From the NCBI GenBank assembly GCA_046753845.1, contig JBHHUP010000002.1:11061-75060 (forward strand): 64,000 bases of DNA, given 5' to 3'. The notes under the pieces are model-generated. The model had not been told where the DNA came from and did not search any database. It saw only the letters and a program-made list of their open reading frames with translations. This stretch comes from Thermodesulfobacteriota bacterium (GTDB taxonomy: Bacteria > Desulfobacterota > GWC2-55-46 > JADFVP01). Numbering within the stretch: the first letter of the stretch is position 1; the number at the start of each line of letters is the position of its first letter. The position numbers and the translations under genes were made by a program. Below are positions 9,072 to 18,298 of the stretch, piece after piece.

Positions 9072-10511
9072 TTACCCCTTCAGCCTCTCTTTCAGGAGTT
9101 TATTCACAAGCCCGGGGTTGGCCTGACCTTTTGTGCCCTTCATGACTTGACCTACGAAGAAGCCTAAAAGTTTCTGCTCCCCGCTTCTGTATCTCTCCAC
9201 GCTATCGCTATTCTTGGCGAGGACCTCATCTATTACGGCGATAAGGGCCGACTCATCGGATATCTGGACGAGACCTTTTTTCTCAACAATCTCATCGGCC
9301 TTACCGCCGCTCTTGTACATCTCGGCGAAGACCTCTTTGGCTATCGAGTTGCTTATGGTCCCTTTTTTTACCATGAGAATAAGGCTCGCGAGGTTTGCAG
9401 AAGTTACGGGGCAGTCTTCAATCTCACGGCTGTCTTCTTTAAGGGCTCGAAGCAGTTCTCCCATGACCCAGTTGGAGGCGAGTTTTGCCTCACCTGTGGC
9501 CTTTACCACCTCTTCGTAATACATGGCAAGGGCTTTTTCGGCAGTAAGCACACCTGCGTCATAGGCTGGTATGGCGTACTCATCAATAAAACGAGCTTTT
9601 TTGGCAACGGGCAGTTCCGGCAGGTTTTTCCGCGCTCTTTCCAAGAGCTCATCTGTTATTACAAGGGGTTTCAGGTCGGGCTCGGGGAAGTAGCGGTAGT
9701 CGTGGGCCTCTTCTTTACCTCGCATGGCAAGGGTGATGCCGCGCGCCGAGTCAAAGAGCCGCGTCTCCTGCACTACATGGCCGCCGCCCTCAATGAGGTC
9801 TATCTGACGTTCTATCTCATAGGCAAGACCGTCTTTTATAAACTTAAAGGAGTTCATGTTCTTAAGCTCGGCCTTTGTCCCCAGAGTTGTCTGACCCACG
9901 GGGCGTATGGAAATATTAGCGTCACAGCGAAAGCTTCCCTCCTCCATATTTCCGTCGCTGATGCCAAGGTAGAGTATAATATCTCTCATGCCCTTAAGGT
10001 ATGCTACGGCCTCTTCAGGGGTGCGCATATCAGGCTCGCTTACTATCTCGATAAGGGGCGTGCAGGCGCGGTTAAGGTCCACGAAACTGTTACCGCCGTC
10101 CTCGGCTCCCTCGCCGTGAATGAGTTTACCGGCGTCTTCTTCCATGTGTATCCTTGTGACGCCTATATTACGTTTGCCGGCCTCTGTCTCTATCTGAAGG
10201 GTGCCGTGTTCGGCAAGCGGTTTATCGTACTGGGATATCTGATATCCCTTTGGCAGGTCGGGATAAAAATAGTTCTTCCGCGCGAAGACGCTCTCTTTGT
10301 TAATCTGGCACTCTACGGCAAGTCCCATCTCCACGGCAAACTCAACGGCCTTACTGTTAAGTACAGGGAGCGCGCCGGGAAGCCCGAGACATACAGGACA
10401 TGTCTGCGTGTTGGGGGAACTACCGAACTGCGTGGAACAGCCGCAGAATATCTTTGTATTTGTAAGGAGTTGGCTGTGAATCTCAAGCCCTATTACTGCT
10501 TCGTACTTCAA
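9072..10511 (-). CDS. gatB: Asp/Glu-tRNA amidotransferase subunit B
   Basis: Full-length GatB similarity ([14 protein letters not shown]...). TTG at 10511 has an AGAGG RBS 7 nt upstream and gives the canonical N-terminus. The ORF-track GTG at 10538 is the alternative. Confidence 0.9.
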   Translation of the reverse strand: MKYEAVIGLEIHSQLLTNTKIFCGCSTQFGSSPNTQTCPVCLGLPGALPVLNSKAVEFAVEMGLAVECQINKESVFARKNYFYPDLPKGYQISQYDKPLAEHGTLQIETEAGKRNIGVTRIHMEEDAGKLIHGEGAEDGGNSFVDLNRACTPLIEIVSEPDMRTPEEAVAYLKGMRDIILYLGISDGNMEEGSFRCDANISIRPVGQTTLGTKAELKNMNSFKFIKDGLAYEIERQIDLIEGGGHVVQETRLFDSARGITLAMRGKEEAHDYRYFPEPDLKPLVITDELLERARKNLPELPVAKKARFIDEYAIPAYDAGVLTAEKALAMYYEEVVKATGEAKLASNWVMGELLRALKEDSREIEDCPVTSANLASLILMVKKGTISNSIAKEVFAEMYKSGGKADEIVEKKGLVQISDESALIAVIDEVLAKNSDSVERYRSGEQKLLGFFVGQVMKGTKGQANPGLVNKLLKERLKG

Positions 10512-10654
10512 TGGTATGCCTCTTTTTTTGGTGGGCACAGCCCACCCTACAAGTTAGGCGGGGCGAAGAAAACATATTAAAAGGTAATAAGCTCGTTCCC
10601 CCGTTGGTTTTCTTTATCTTACTTTCTTTTTTCCAAAAGGAAGTAAGGAGGTTT

Positions 10655-12127
10655 TTATATCTTCGGTTTTTTGATTGCTGGCCCTGCCGTCTGCTCATAT
10701 GCATAGGCCGTGTTGAGTACGGTTTGTTCGTCAAGAAACTTGCCGATAATCTGCAGTCCCGTTGGCAGTCCCGCTTCTGTAAGTCCGCAGGGTAGAGAAA
10801 TTCCCGGCAGTCCCGCCAGGTTACAGGAGATGGTAAAAATATCAGAAAGATACATAGTCAGCGGGTCCGCCATTCTCTCGCCTATCTTGAAGGCAGGTGC
10901 CGGGGCCGTAGGGGTGGCGATAACGTCGCAGGCCTTAAAGGCCTCGTTAAAGTCTCTCTTAATAAGAGTCCGCACATCTGTGGCCTTCTTGTAATAGGCG
11001 TCATAGTAACCTGAGCTCAAGGCGTATGTGCCGAGCATTATACGCCGTTTCACCTCTGCTCCAAAGCCGGTGTCTCTTGTACTTTTATACATATCAATAA
11101 GACCCGAATTGTTATCGACTCTCATCCCGTACTTTACACCGTCGTAGCGGGCAAGGTTGCTCGATGCCTCGGCTGTGGCCACAAGGTAGTATACGCTAAC
11201 GGCGTACTCCGTGTGAGGCAGGGTTATGTCTACAATAACCGCCCCGGCATCTTTAAGCACGCTGATGGCATCTCGAACCAGGGCCTCTGTCTCGCTGTCC
11301 ATGCCCTCTATGAAATATTCTTTTGGTATGCCTATGCGAAGCCCTTTAACGTTCGTGGTGAGGGCCCCGGTGTAATCGGGCACGGGCGCGTCTATGGAGG
11401 TTGAGTCTTTCGGGTCTTTACCTGCCATGATGCCGAGCAGTAAAGCCGCGTCTTTAACGTCTTTTGTAAGGGGGCCGGCCTGGTCGAGGGATGAGGCAAA
11501 GGCTATCATTCCGTATCTTGATACCCGTCCGTATGTTGGTTTAAGTCCCACCACGCCACAGCATGAGGCGGGCTGGCGGATGGAGCCGCCCGTGTCCGTG
11601 CCTATGGAGGCCGAGCATAAGTCAGCCGCAACGGAGGCGGCAGAGCCGCCGGAGCTTCCACCCGGGACCCTGTCTTTTGCCCATGGGTTTAGCGTTGGGC
11701 CGAAGGCCGAGTTCTCCGTGGAAGAGCCCATGGCGAACTCGTCCATGTTGGTCTTGCCGAGGATAACGGCGCCGGCGTCTTTTAGTTTTTTTGCCACCGT
11801 AGAGTCATAGGGAGGTATAAAGCCTTCGAGCATCTTTGATGCGCAGGTGGTCTTTATACCATCTGTACAGAATATGTCCTTTACGGATATGGGAACCCCT
11901 GTAAGGGGCGTTACTTCTGTACCGGAAGCAAGTCTTTTCTCGGCCCTGGCCGCGTCTTCCAGGGCGGACTCGGCAGTCACGGTAATGTAGCTGTTAATGG
12001 AAGGGTCAAGCTCCGCGATTCTATTGAGATATGCTTTAGTGATTTCAGTAGAGGTAAGTTCTCTCTTCCGCAGCATCTCCGAGAGACGGGCTATTGTCTT
12101 TGATGTTAAGCTCATATGTTTACTCAA
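10655..12127 (-). CDS. gatA: Glu-tRNA(Gln) amidotransferase subunit A
   Basis: 490 aa with the amidase signature [13 protein letters not shown]. Confidence 0.93.
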   Translation of the reverse strand: MSKHMSLTSKTIARLSEMLRKRELTSTEITKAYLNRIAELDPSINSYITVTAESALEDAARAEKRLASGTEVTPLTGVPISVKDIFCTDGIKTTCASKMLEGFIPPYDSTVAKKLKDAGAVILGKTNMDEFAMGSSTENSAFGPTLNPWAKDRVPGGSSGGSAASVAADLCSASIGTDTGGSIRQPASCCGVVGLKPTYGRVSRYGMIAFASSLDQAGPLTKDVKDAALLLGIMAGKDPKDSTSIDAPVPDYTGALTTNVKGLRIGIPKEYFIEGMDSETEALVRDAISVLKDAGAVIVDITLPHTEYAVSVYYLVATAEASSNLARYDGVKYGMRVDNNSGLIDMYKSTRDTGFGAEVKRRIMLGTYALSSGYYDAYYKKATDVRTLIKRDFNEAFKACDVIATPTAPAPAFKIGERMADPLTMYLSDIFTISCNLAGLPGISLPCGLTEAGLPTGLQIIGKFLDEQTVLNTAYAYEQTAGPAIKKPKI

Positions 12128-12407
12128 TAATCCTCGGCACCTTGAAGCACCCGTGGTCTTTTTCAGGTGCGTTTTGCAGGGTACTCTTGCGCTGAAGCGA
12201 TGGGGTTACGACGTCTTCCCTTAAGGTCTCGCCCTCGGGGGTCTCTTGTCTTGAGGCCGCTACTTCTTTAGTCTCAAGGGCGGCGAGTTTATCCACGTAG
12301 CTCAGAATATTGCCCATCTGTTCTGTATATAAAGCGATTTCGTCTTCTGTGAGGGCGAGCCTCGCGAGATCTGCTACATGAATCACCTCTTTACTATCTA
12401 TCTTCAT
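12120..12407 (-). CDS. gatC: Asp/Glu-tRNA amidotransferase subunit C
   Basis: 95 aa with the [14 protein letters not shown] motif. It overlaps the gatA start by 8 nt. Confidence 0.85.
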   Translation of the reverse strand: MKIDSKEVIHVADLARLALTEDEIALYTEQMGNILSYVDKLAALETKEVAASRQETPEGETLREDVVTPSLQRKSTLQNAPEKDHGCFKVPRIIE

Positions 12408-12538
12408 AACAGGTATCCCTCTTCAAAATTATTTAAGGAAGCAATCTACCACAGGCCAAGCGCTCTTTCAAGGCTGGTCTTGTTTTTTCTATATATCTTT
12501 TTTTTTGCAAAGTCTTTTGCGAAGCCGGCTCAAAGGTC

Positions 12539-12577
12539 TTGACATTTTTGATATTATTTGATATAAGTCTTTGATAT
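12539..12577 (+). promoter_or_regulatory. candidate promoter (TTGACA-N17-TATAAG) overlapping three TTTGATAT direct repeats
   Basis: TTGACA at 12539-12544 and TATAAG at 12562-12567. TTTGATAT occurs at 12547, 12557 and 12570. The site lies in the divergent gatC/nitrilase intergenic region. Confidence 0.3.
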
Positions 12578-12652
12578 AATTGATAAAAATTAATATATGT
12601 ATATTTTGCGGCACTCTTTAATGATGGATGCTCTTAAGAGAAGAGGTTTCCT

Positions 12653-13456
12653 ATGAGAAAGACAATTAAGGCGGGATTTATCCAGACAGACCCTCTTTTT
12701 GGCCAGGTGAAGAAGAACGTAAATACCGCTGTGGGTGAGATAGAGGCCCTTGGGGCGGAGCTTGTTGTGCTGCCGGAGCTCTTTTCCACGGGCTATCAGT
12801 TCTGTTCGAAGTCCGAGGCCATCTCCCTTGCCGAAGAGGTGCCCGATGGGCCCACGACTAAGGCCCTTTTAGAGGTCTCCGCATCTTCAGGTACTATAAT
12901 TGTTGCCGGTATCCTTGAGAGGGCAGGCGAAAAACTCTTTAACTCCGCTGTTCTTATATCCCCAGGGGGTTTTGTGGCCCTTTACAGGAAGGCCCATCTG
13001 TTCTGGCGTGAAAAAAATATCTTTACCCCCGGTGATACCCCCTTTGAGGTATTTGACGTAGGCGGGGTAAAGCTTGCCATGATGATATGCTTTGACTGGT
13101 ATTTTCCCGAGGTGGCAAGGACTCTGAGCCTTAAAGGAGCCGAGGTAATATGTCATCCATCGAACCTCGTTTTACCCCATTGCCCGGCTGCTATGATTAC
13201 ACGGTGCCTTGAGAACAGGGTCTACGCCATAACTGCCAACAGGGCAGGGGTGGAGAGAAGGCGTAAGGGCGAGCCTCTCCAGTTTATCGGGCAGAGTCAG
13301 GTAGTCTCACCCGCCGGAGAGGTACTGTACAGAGCTCCCGCAAAGGGGAGTGATTCCGTGGCTCTGGAGATAATACCCTCGAAGGCAAGAAACAAGGCCC
13401 CAACGCGCCAGAATGATATCTTTAAGGACAGGAGAGAGGATCTTTACAGGTTATGA
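12653..13456 (+). CDS. carbon-nitrogen hydrolase (nitrilase superfamily)
   Basis: Glu-Lys-Cys triad contexts VLPELF, YRKAHLF and MMICFDWYFPE. Confidence 0.85.
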   Translation: MRKTIKAGFIQTDPLFGQVKKNVNTAVGEIEALGAELVVLPELFSTGYQFCSKSEAISLAEEVPDGPTTKALLEVSASSGTIIVAGILERAGEKLFNSAVLISPGGFVALYRKAHLFWREKNIFTPGDTPFEVFDVGGVKLAMMICFDWYFPEVARTLSLKGAEVICHPSNLVLPHCPAAMITRCLENRVYAITANRAGVERRRKGEPLQFIGQSQVVSPAGEVLYRAPAKGSDSVALEIIPSKARNKAPTRQNDIFKDRREDLYRL

Positions 13457-13711
13457 GAGCGGCAGTCTTAGGTTTTATCAGTTAAAACCCTTATGGCTTG
13501 ATATGCGGGCTTATTATCCAAAACTTTTCTTAAGGTTTTGTATGTAATACCTTTTTTATCCTTGACAAAAAAGCTTACTTGTTTTATCTTGCCACTAATC
13601 TTCAATGACTTCATAGTGTAACAAATGTAATCAGAAAGTGAACCGGCCCGGCGCTCCGGCAAAAGGCCTGTTGCAGCGGCGTAAACCTTTCAGGTAGCAG
13701 TGGAGAGAGTA

Positions 13712-14077
13712 ATGCTTATCGCATATCTGCCGATACTCATTATGATAGTCATAGCATCCGTTATGGCCTGTTCCGTTCTCTTTATTAGTTCCCTATTTCG
13801 TCCCAAAAACCCTTACAAAGAGAAGCTCTCCCCCTGGGAATGCGGTGTTCCGCCTACGGGTGAGGCCAATGCCGGTCATTTTCGTGTTCATTACTTTATT
13901 ATCGCCATTCTTTTTATAGTCTTTGATGTTGAGACGCTCTTTCTTTTTCCCTGGGCCGTTCTTCTTACGGATAAAGCAATATCGGGCTTTATCTTTGTAG
14001 AGATGATTATTTTTATAGCGGTTCTTGCCATAGGCCTTATATACGCATGGGCAAAAGGAGCGCTTGAATGGATATGA
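13712..14077 (+). CDS. nuoA: NADH-quinone oxidoreductase subunit A
   Basis: Three TM helices and the PWECG motif. ATG at 13712 follows a GGAGAG RBS. The track start is GTG at 13700. Confidence 0.9.
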   Translation: MLIAYLPILIMIVIASVMACSVLFISSLFRPKNPYKEKLSPWECGVPPTGEANAGHFRVHYFIIAILFIVFDVETLFLFPWAVLLTDKAISGFIFVEMIIFIAVLAIGLIYAWAKGALEWI

Positions 14078-14102
14078 TGATTAATCCCTCTGAGGTTAAA
14101 CA

Positions 14103-14672
14103 GTGGCAGAGATAAAGAAAAATCCCATGGAAGAGGTAGCTTTATTTACCAGCCTTGAGTCTATCTCTGATATTCTCAGAGACAATACCCTCATGATGGG
14201 TGTGAAGAATAATTCTGTTACAAAGACCGTTGTCAACTGGGGCCGTACCTCCTCGCTCTGGCCCATGACATTCGGCCTTGCCTGCTGCGCTATTGAGATG
14301 ATATGCGCCGCCTGCTCACGCTACGATACTGACAGGATGGGCATGGTCTTCAGGCCCTCTCCAAGGCAATCTGACGTAATGGTAGTGGCCGGAACCATGA
14401 CAAAGAAGATAGCCCCTATGGTGAAGACACTTTATGACCAGATGTCAGAGCCGAGGTGGGTTGTGGCCATGGGCGGCTGCGCCTCTGCCGGAGGACCCTA
14501 TAATACCTATGCCGTAGTACAGGGTACGGATCATGTAATACCTGTTGATGTCTATGTGCCGGGCTGTCCGCCGCGCCCTGACGCCCTGTTGTACGGGTTT
14601 TTGGAGTTAATGGAGAAGATAAAAAAAGAGCATCCATTTGTCTTACAGGAAAGAGGTATAAAGACACCTTAA
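14103..14672 (+). CDS. nuoB: NADH-quinone oxidoreductase subunit B
   Basis: N2-cluster motifs GLACCAIEM and GCPPRP. Confidence 0.92.
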   Translation: MAEIKKNPMEEVALFTSLESISDILRDNTLMMGVKNNSVTKTVVNWGRTSSLWPMTFGLACCAIEMICAACSRYDTDRMGMVFRPSPRQSDVMVVAGTMTKKIAPMVKTLYDQMSEPRWVVAMGGCASAGGPYNTYAVVQGTDHVIPVDVYVPGCPPRPDALLYGFLELMEKIKKEHPFVLQERGIKTP

Positions 14673-15176
14673 ATGCTAAGTGAAGATAAAAAAAACTTAC
14701 TCGTCGACAAGGTGGTCTCGGCCTTTAGAGACGATATCATCAGCACCACAGTCTTTCGCGGCGATGTTACGCATCTTGTGAAAAAGAGAGCTATTCAGGG
14801 CCTCTGCAGTTACTTTGCTACTGAAGAGGGTCTCAAGATGAACTATCTTGTGGATATCGCAGGTGTGGATTACTTTGAGCGTGTTCCGCGTTTTGAGGTT
14901 GTATATCATATGTACTCTACTGTGACAAAACTGAGAATATGTCTGAAGGTCAGATTGAATGATGGTGAGGAGATGCCTTCTGTTACGGCTATCTGGCGTT
15001 CCGCTAATTTTCCCGAGCGTGAGGCCTTTGATATGTTCGGCATCGTTTTTTCCGGTCATCCCGATCTCAGGCGAATATATCTCGCTGAGGACTGGGAAGG
15101 TTTTCCCCTTAGAAAAGACTATCCTTTAAAGGGATATAAGGACGAGTACAATCCCTTCGGAGAAGAGCGGGAGTAA
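14673..15176 (+). CDS. nuoC: NADH-quinone oxidoreductase subunit C
   Basis: ANFPEREAFDMFGIVFSGHPDLRRI motif. Separate from nuoD. Confidence 0.9.
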   Translation: MLSEDKKNLLVDKVVSAFRDDIISTTVFRGDVTHLVKKRAIQGLCSYFATEEGLKMNYLVDIAGVDYFERVPRFEVVYHMYSTVTKLRICLKVRLNDGEEMPSVTAIWRSANFPEREAFDMFGIVFSGHPDLRRIYLAEDWEGFPLRKDYPLKGYKDEYNPFGEERE

Positions 15177-15299
15177 TCCTCTCAACGGGGGCGGGATTTG
15201 AGGGCAAATTTTAAGGTGATAACAGGGACTGCTTCCAAGGGTAATAATCAGGAAAAGGTTCTTTTGTAAGAATTTTTCTTTGCAAGTTAAGGTTTATTA

Positions 15300-16493
15300 A
15301 TGACAACATCAGATGAAAATCTTATAGAGACCAGAGACCTTGTAGTTCATATGGGGCCTCAGCATCCTTCCACCCATGGTGTGCTCCACTTAAAGCTCAC
15401 CGTAGAGGGCGAGAAGATACTTGGCGCCGAGCCTGATATAGGGTACCTGCACAGGGGCACGGAGAAGATTGCCGAGAACCTTCTGTACCATCAGTTTGTT
15501 CCTTATACAGACAGGCTCGACTACATGTGCGCCATGAGCAACAATCTGGCCTATGTCATGGCCGTTGAGAAGCTACTTGATACGGAACTGCCCGAGAGGG
15601 CAAGCTATATAAGGGTAATAGCTGCCGAGCTATCAAGGATAGCCGGCCATCTTATGGGCATCGGGGCCTGGGCCGTTGATCTGGGGGCCATGAGTATTCT
15701 TCTTTACGCCATAAGAGAGCGTGAGATGGTCCTTGATATCTTTGAGATGCTCTGCGGGGCGAGGATGACGCTGACCTATCTTCGCGTTGGAGGCGTGCGT
15801 TATGATTTTACCGATGAGTGCGCCACGGCCTGCCGCGACCTTATAAAATTAATGCCCGAGAGGCTTGACGAGTACGAGAGGATACTTAATAAGAACAGGA
15901 TATGGATAGACAGAAACAAGGGCGTCGGCGTTATATCGGCGGGAGACGCCATAAATCTCGGCCTTAGCGGCCCGGCGCTTCGCGCCAGCGGCGTTAACTG
16001 GGATATTAGAAAAGACGAGCCTTATCTTGTTTATGACAGGTTTGATTTTGATGCGGTCACAGGCACTGCCGGCGACTCTCTTGAGAGATACCTTGTGAGG
16101 ATGGAGGAGATAAAACAGTCTCTGAGGATAATAGAGCAGGCCGTTAATCAGATGCCCGAGGGGCCCTTTGTTGTTGATGACCCCCATATAGTGCCTCCTC
16201 CGAAGCCCGGCGTCTATAAGAACATGGAAAATCTCATACACCACTTTAAGTACGTCTCTCAGGGTTTTAGCGTGCCAAAAGGCGAGGTATACTCCGCCAT
16301 AGAGGCCCCCAAGGGCGAGCTTGGAGTCTACATTGTCAGCGACGGCACGGAAAAGCCCTACAGGCTGAAGATTCGCGTGCCTACATTCATGAATCTGCAG
16401 GCCATGGACCACCTCTGTACCGGTGGTTATATGGCCGACGTTATCGCCACGCTCTCAAGTCTTGACCCTGTTTTTGGTGAGTGCGATAAATAA
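15300..16493 (+). CDS. nuoD: NADH-quinone oxidoreductase subunit D
   Basis: NMGPQHPSTHGVL-type N-terminus and full-length 49-kDa subunit similarity. Confidence 0.93.
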   Translation: MTTSDENLIETRDLVVHMGPQHPSTHGVLHLKLTVEGEKILGAEPDIGYLHRGTEKIAENLLYHQFVPYTDRLDYMCAMSNNLAYVMAVEKLLDTELPERASYIRVIAAELSRIAGHLMGIGAWAVDLGAMSILLYAIREREMVLDIFEMLCGARMTLTYLRVGGVRYDFTDECATACRDLIKLMPERLDEYERILNKNRIWIDRNKGVGVISAGDAINLGLSGPALRASGVNWDIRKDEPYLVYDRFDFDAVTGTAGDSLERYLVRMEEIKQSLRIIEQAVNQMPEGPFVVDDPHIVPPPKPGVYKNMENLIHHFKYVSQGFSVPKGEVYSAIEAPKGELGVYIVSDGTEKPYRLKIRVPTFMNLQAMDHLCTGGYMADVIATLSSLDPVFGECDK

Positions 16494-16519
16494 AGGTTTT
16501 GCGCAAGGGATTATAAGGG

Positions 16520-16990
16520 ATGCTTACAGATAAGGTCAGAGAAGAGATACTCAAGATAACCGCCAAGTATTACAACAAGAAGAGCGCCGTAATGGACGCC
16601 CTTATGCTTGTTCAGAAAGACTGCGGCGGTAATATCACCAGAGGCGACATGGAAGATATTGCCGATCTTCTTGAGATAAGGCCCACGGAGGTCAATGCCG
16701 TGGCCACTTTTTATACTATGTATAATTACGCGCGCCCTGTTGGCAAGTACCATATACAGGTATGCAGGAATATTTCCTGCGCCCTTCTTGAGGCTGAACG
16801 TATTATAGCTCATATAGAGGATACTCTTGGTATAAAGACAGGGGGCACTACCTCTGATAATAAGTTCACTCTCTCTACGGCAGAGTGTTTGGGCTCTTGC
16901 GGCACGGCGCCCATGATGCAGATAAACGATGATTATTACGAGGACCTTACAACGGATAAGGTCGATGCCATATTAAAGGGTTTTGAATAA
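16520..16990 (+). CDS. nuoE: NADH-quinone oxidoreductase subunit E
   Basis: 2Fe-2S cysteines (VCRNISC ... ECLGSCGTAP). Confidence 0.9.
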   Translation: MLTDKVREEILKITAKYYNKKSAVMDALMLVQKDCGGNITRGDMEDIADLLEIRPTEVNAVATFYTMYNYARPVGKYHIQVCRNISCALLEAERIIAHIEDTLGIKTGGTTSDNKFTLSTAECLGSCGTAPMMQINDDYYEDLTTDKVDAILKGFE

Positions 16991-17003
16991 AGGATAAGAC
17001 CTT

Positions 17004-18260
17004 TTGGAAAAGATTCTACTTAAAAATATAGATAAGCCTGAGTCTCATAAGATAGAGTCTTATATCGCCAACGGCGGTTATCGCGCTGTGCGCGAGGCTT
17101 TGAAGCTTGGCTCTGACGATATTATTCAGCGTGTGAAAGACTCGGGCCTTCGCGGCCGCGGCGGCGCGGGGTTCCCCACGGGCCTCAAATGGAGCTTTAT
17201 CCCTAAAGACCCCGGTCTTGATAAATACCTCTGCTGTAACGCTGATGAGGGCGAGCCCGGGACCTTTAAGGACAGGGCTATTATGGATAACGACCCCCAT
17301 CTGCTCCTTGAGGGGATGATGATAACAAGTTACGCCATAGGCGCGTCCGTGGGTTATATCTATATCAGGGGCGAGTTTGAGTTTGGCGCTAAACGCCTTG
17401 AGGCGGCTATTGACGAGGCCTACAGAGAGGGATATCTGGGCAAGAATATCTTTGGCTCTGATTTTTCCCTTGATATGTACGTACACCGCGGCGCCGGCGC
17501 CTATATATGCGGAGAAGAGACGGCCCTGCTCGAATCCCTTGAGGGCGGACGCGGCCAGCCCCGTAAAAAACCGCCATTTCCCGCTCTTGCCGGTCTTTAC
17601 GGTAAGCCTACGGTAATTAATAATGTTGAGACCCTTTCCTGCGTTCCGGCTATTATAGAAAAGGGCGTAGATTGGTTTAAGTCAATAGGCACGGAAAAGA
17701 GTCCGGGGCCCAAGATATTCGGTGTAAGCGGCCATGTCAAGGAGCCGGGGCTCTATGAGCTTCCCATGGGCACTACGCTGCGCGAGCTTATCTACGACCA
17801 TTGCGGCGGTATGAGGGGAGACAAACCCCTGAAGGCCGTAATACCCGGAGGCGTTAGTGCTCCTATGCTGGTCCCGGCGGACCTTGATACTACTATGGAC
17901 TTTGAGGCAATGGGCGCCAAGGGCACCATGCTCGGTTCAGGCGCTGTAATAGTAATGGAAGAGGGCACCTGTATGGTAAAGGTGGCCTATATAACAAATC
18001 GTTTCTTCAGCCATGAGTCCTGCGGAAAATGCACACCATGCCGCGAGGGCACTATATGGATTACCAAGATACTGAAGCGCCTTGAAGAAGACCATGGAAA
18101 ACCCGGTGATATAGATCTATTAGAGGAGCTCTGCGGAAATATTTTCGGCAGGACCTTCTGTCCTCTTGGCGATGGTGCTGTCATGGCGCTTCGGGGAGCT
18201 ATTAAACACTTCAGGGAAGAATTTCTCAGCCATGCGGCACACAAGGGCTGTACGGCTTAA
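17004..18260 (+). CDS. nuoF: NADH-quinone oxidoreductase subunit F
   Basis: GLRGRGGAGFPTG FMN/NADH motif and 4Fe-4S motif ESCGKCTPCREG. TTG start. Confidence 0.93.
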   Translation: MEKILLKNIDKPESHKIESYIANGGYRAVREALKLGSDDIIQRVKDSGLRGRGGAGFPTGLKWSFIPKDPGLDKYLCCNADEGEPGTFKDRAIMDNDPHLLLEGMMITSYAIGASVGYIYIRGEFEFGAKRLEAAIDEAYREGYLGKNIFGSDFSLDMYVHRGAGAYICGEETALLESLEGGRGQPRKKPPFPALAGLYGKPTVINNVETLSCVPAIIEKGVDWFKSIGTEKSPGPKIFGVSGHVKEPGLYELPMGTTLRELIYDHCGGMRGDKPLKAVIPGGVSAPMLVPADLDTTMDFEAMGAKGTMLGSGAVIVMEEGTCMVKVAYITNRFFSHESCGKCTPCREGTIWITKILKRLEEDHGKPGDIDLLEELCGNIFGRTFCPLGDGAVMALRGAIKHFREEFLSHAAHKGCTA

Positions 18261-18298
18261 GGCTGTCTTAGTAGATTGCGGAGATAATAGAGAAGAGA

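Noticed and set aside
9702-10580. 292-aa + strand ORF, and similar long antisense ORFs (for example 15849-16412, 17016-17486, 19868-20338, 52954-53475)
   Set aside because: Each lies fully antisense to a gene with strong family motifs (gatB, nuoD, nuoF, nuoG, tailspike). None has recognisable motifs of its own.
13468-13662. 64-aa minus-strand ORF upstream of nuoA
   Set aside because: I recognise no motif and see no convincing RBS. It occupies the probable nuo promoter region, where a weak TTGACA-N17-TATCTT lies at 13562-13590. I left it unannotated rather than call it.
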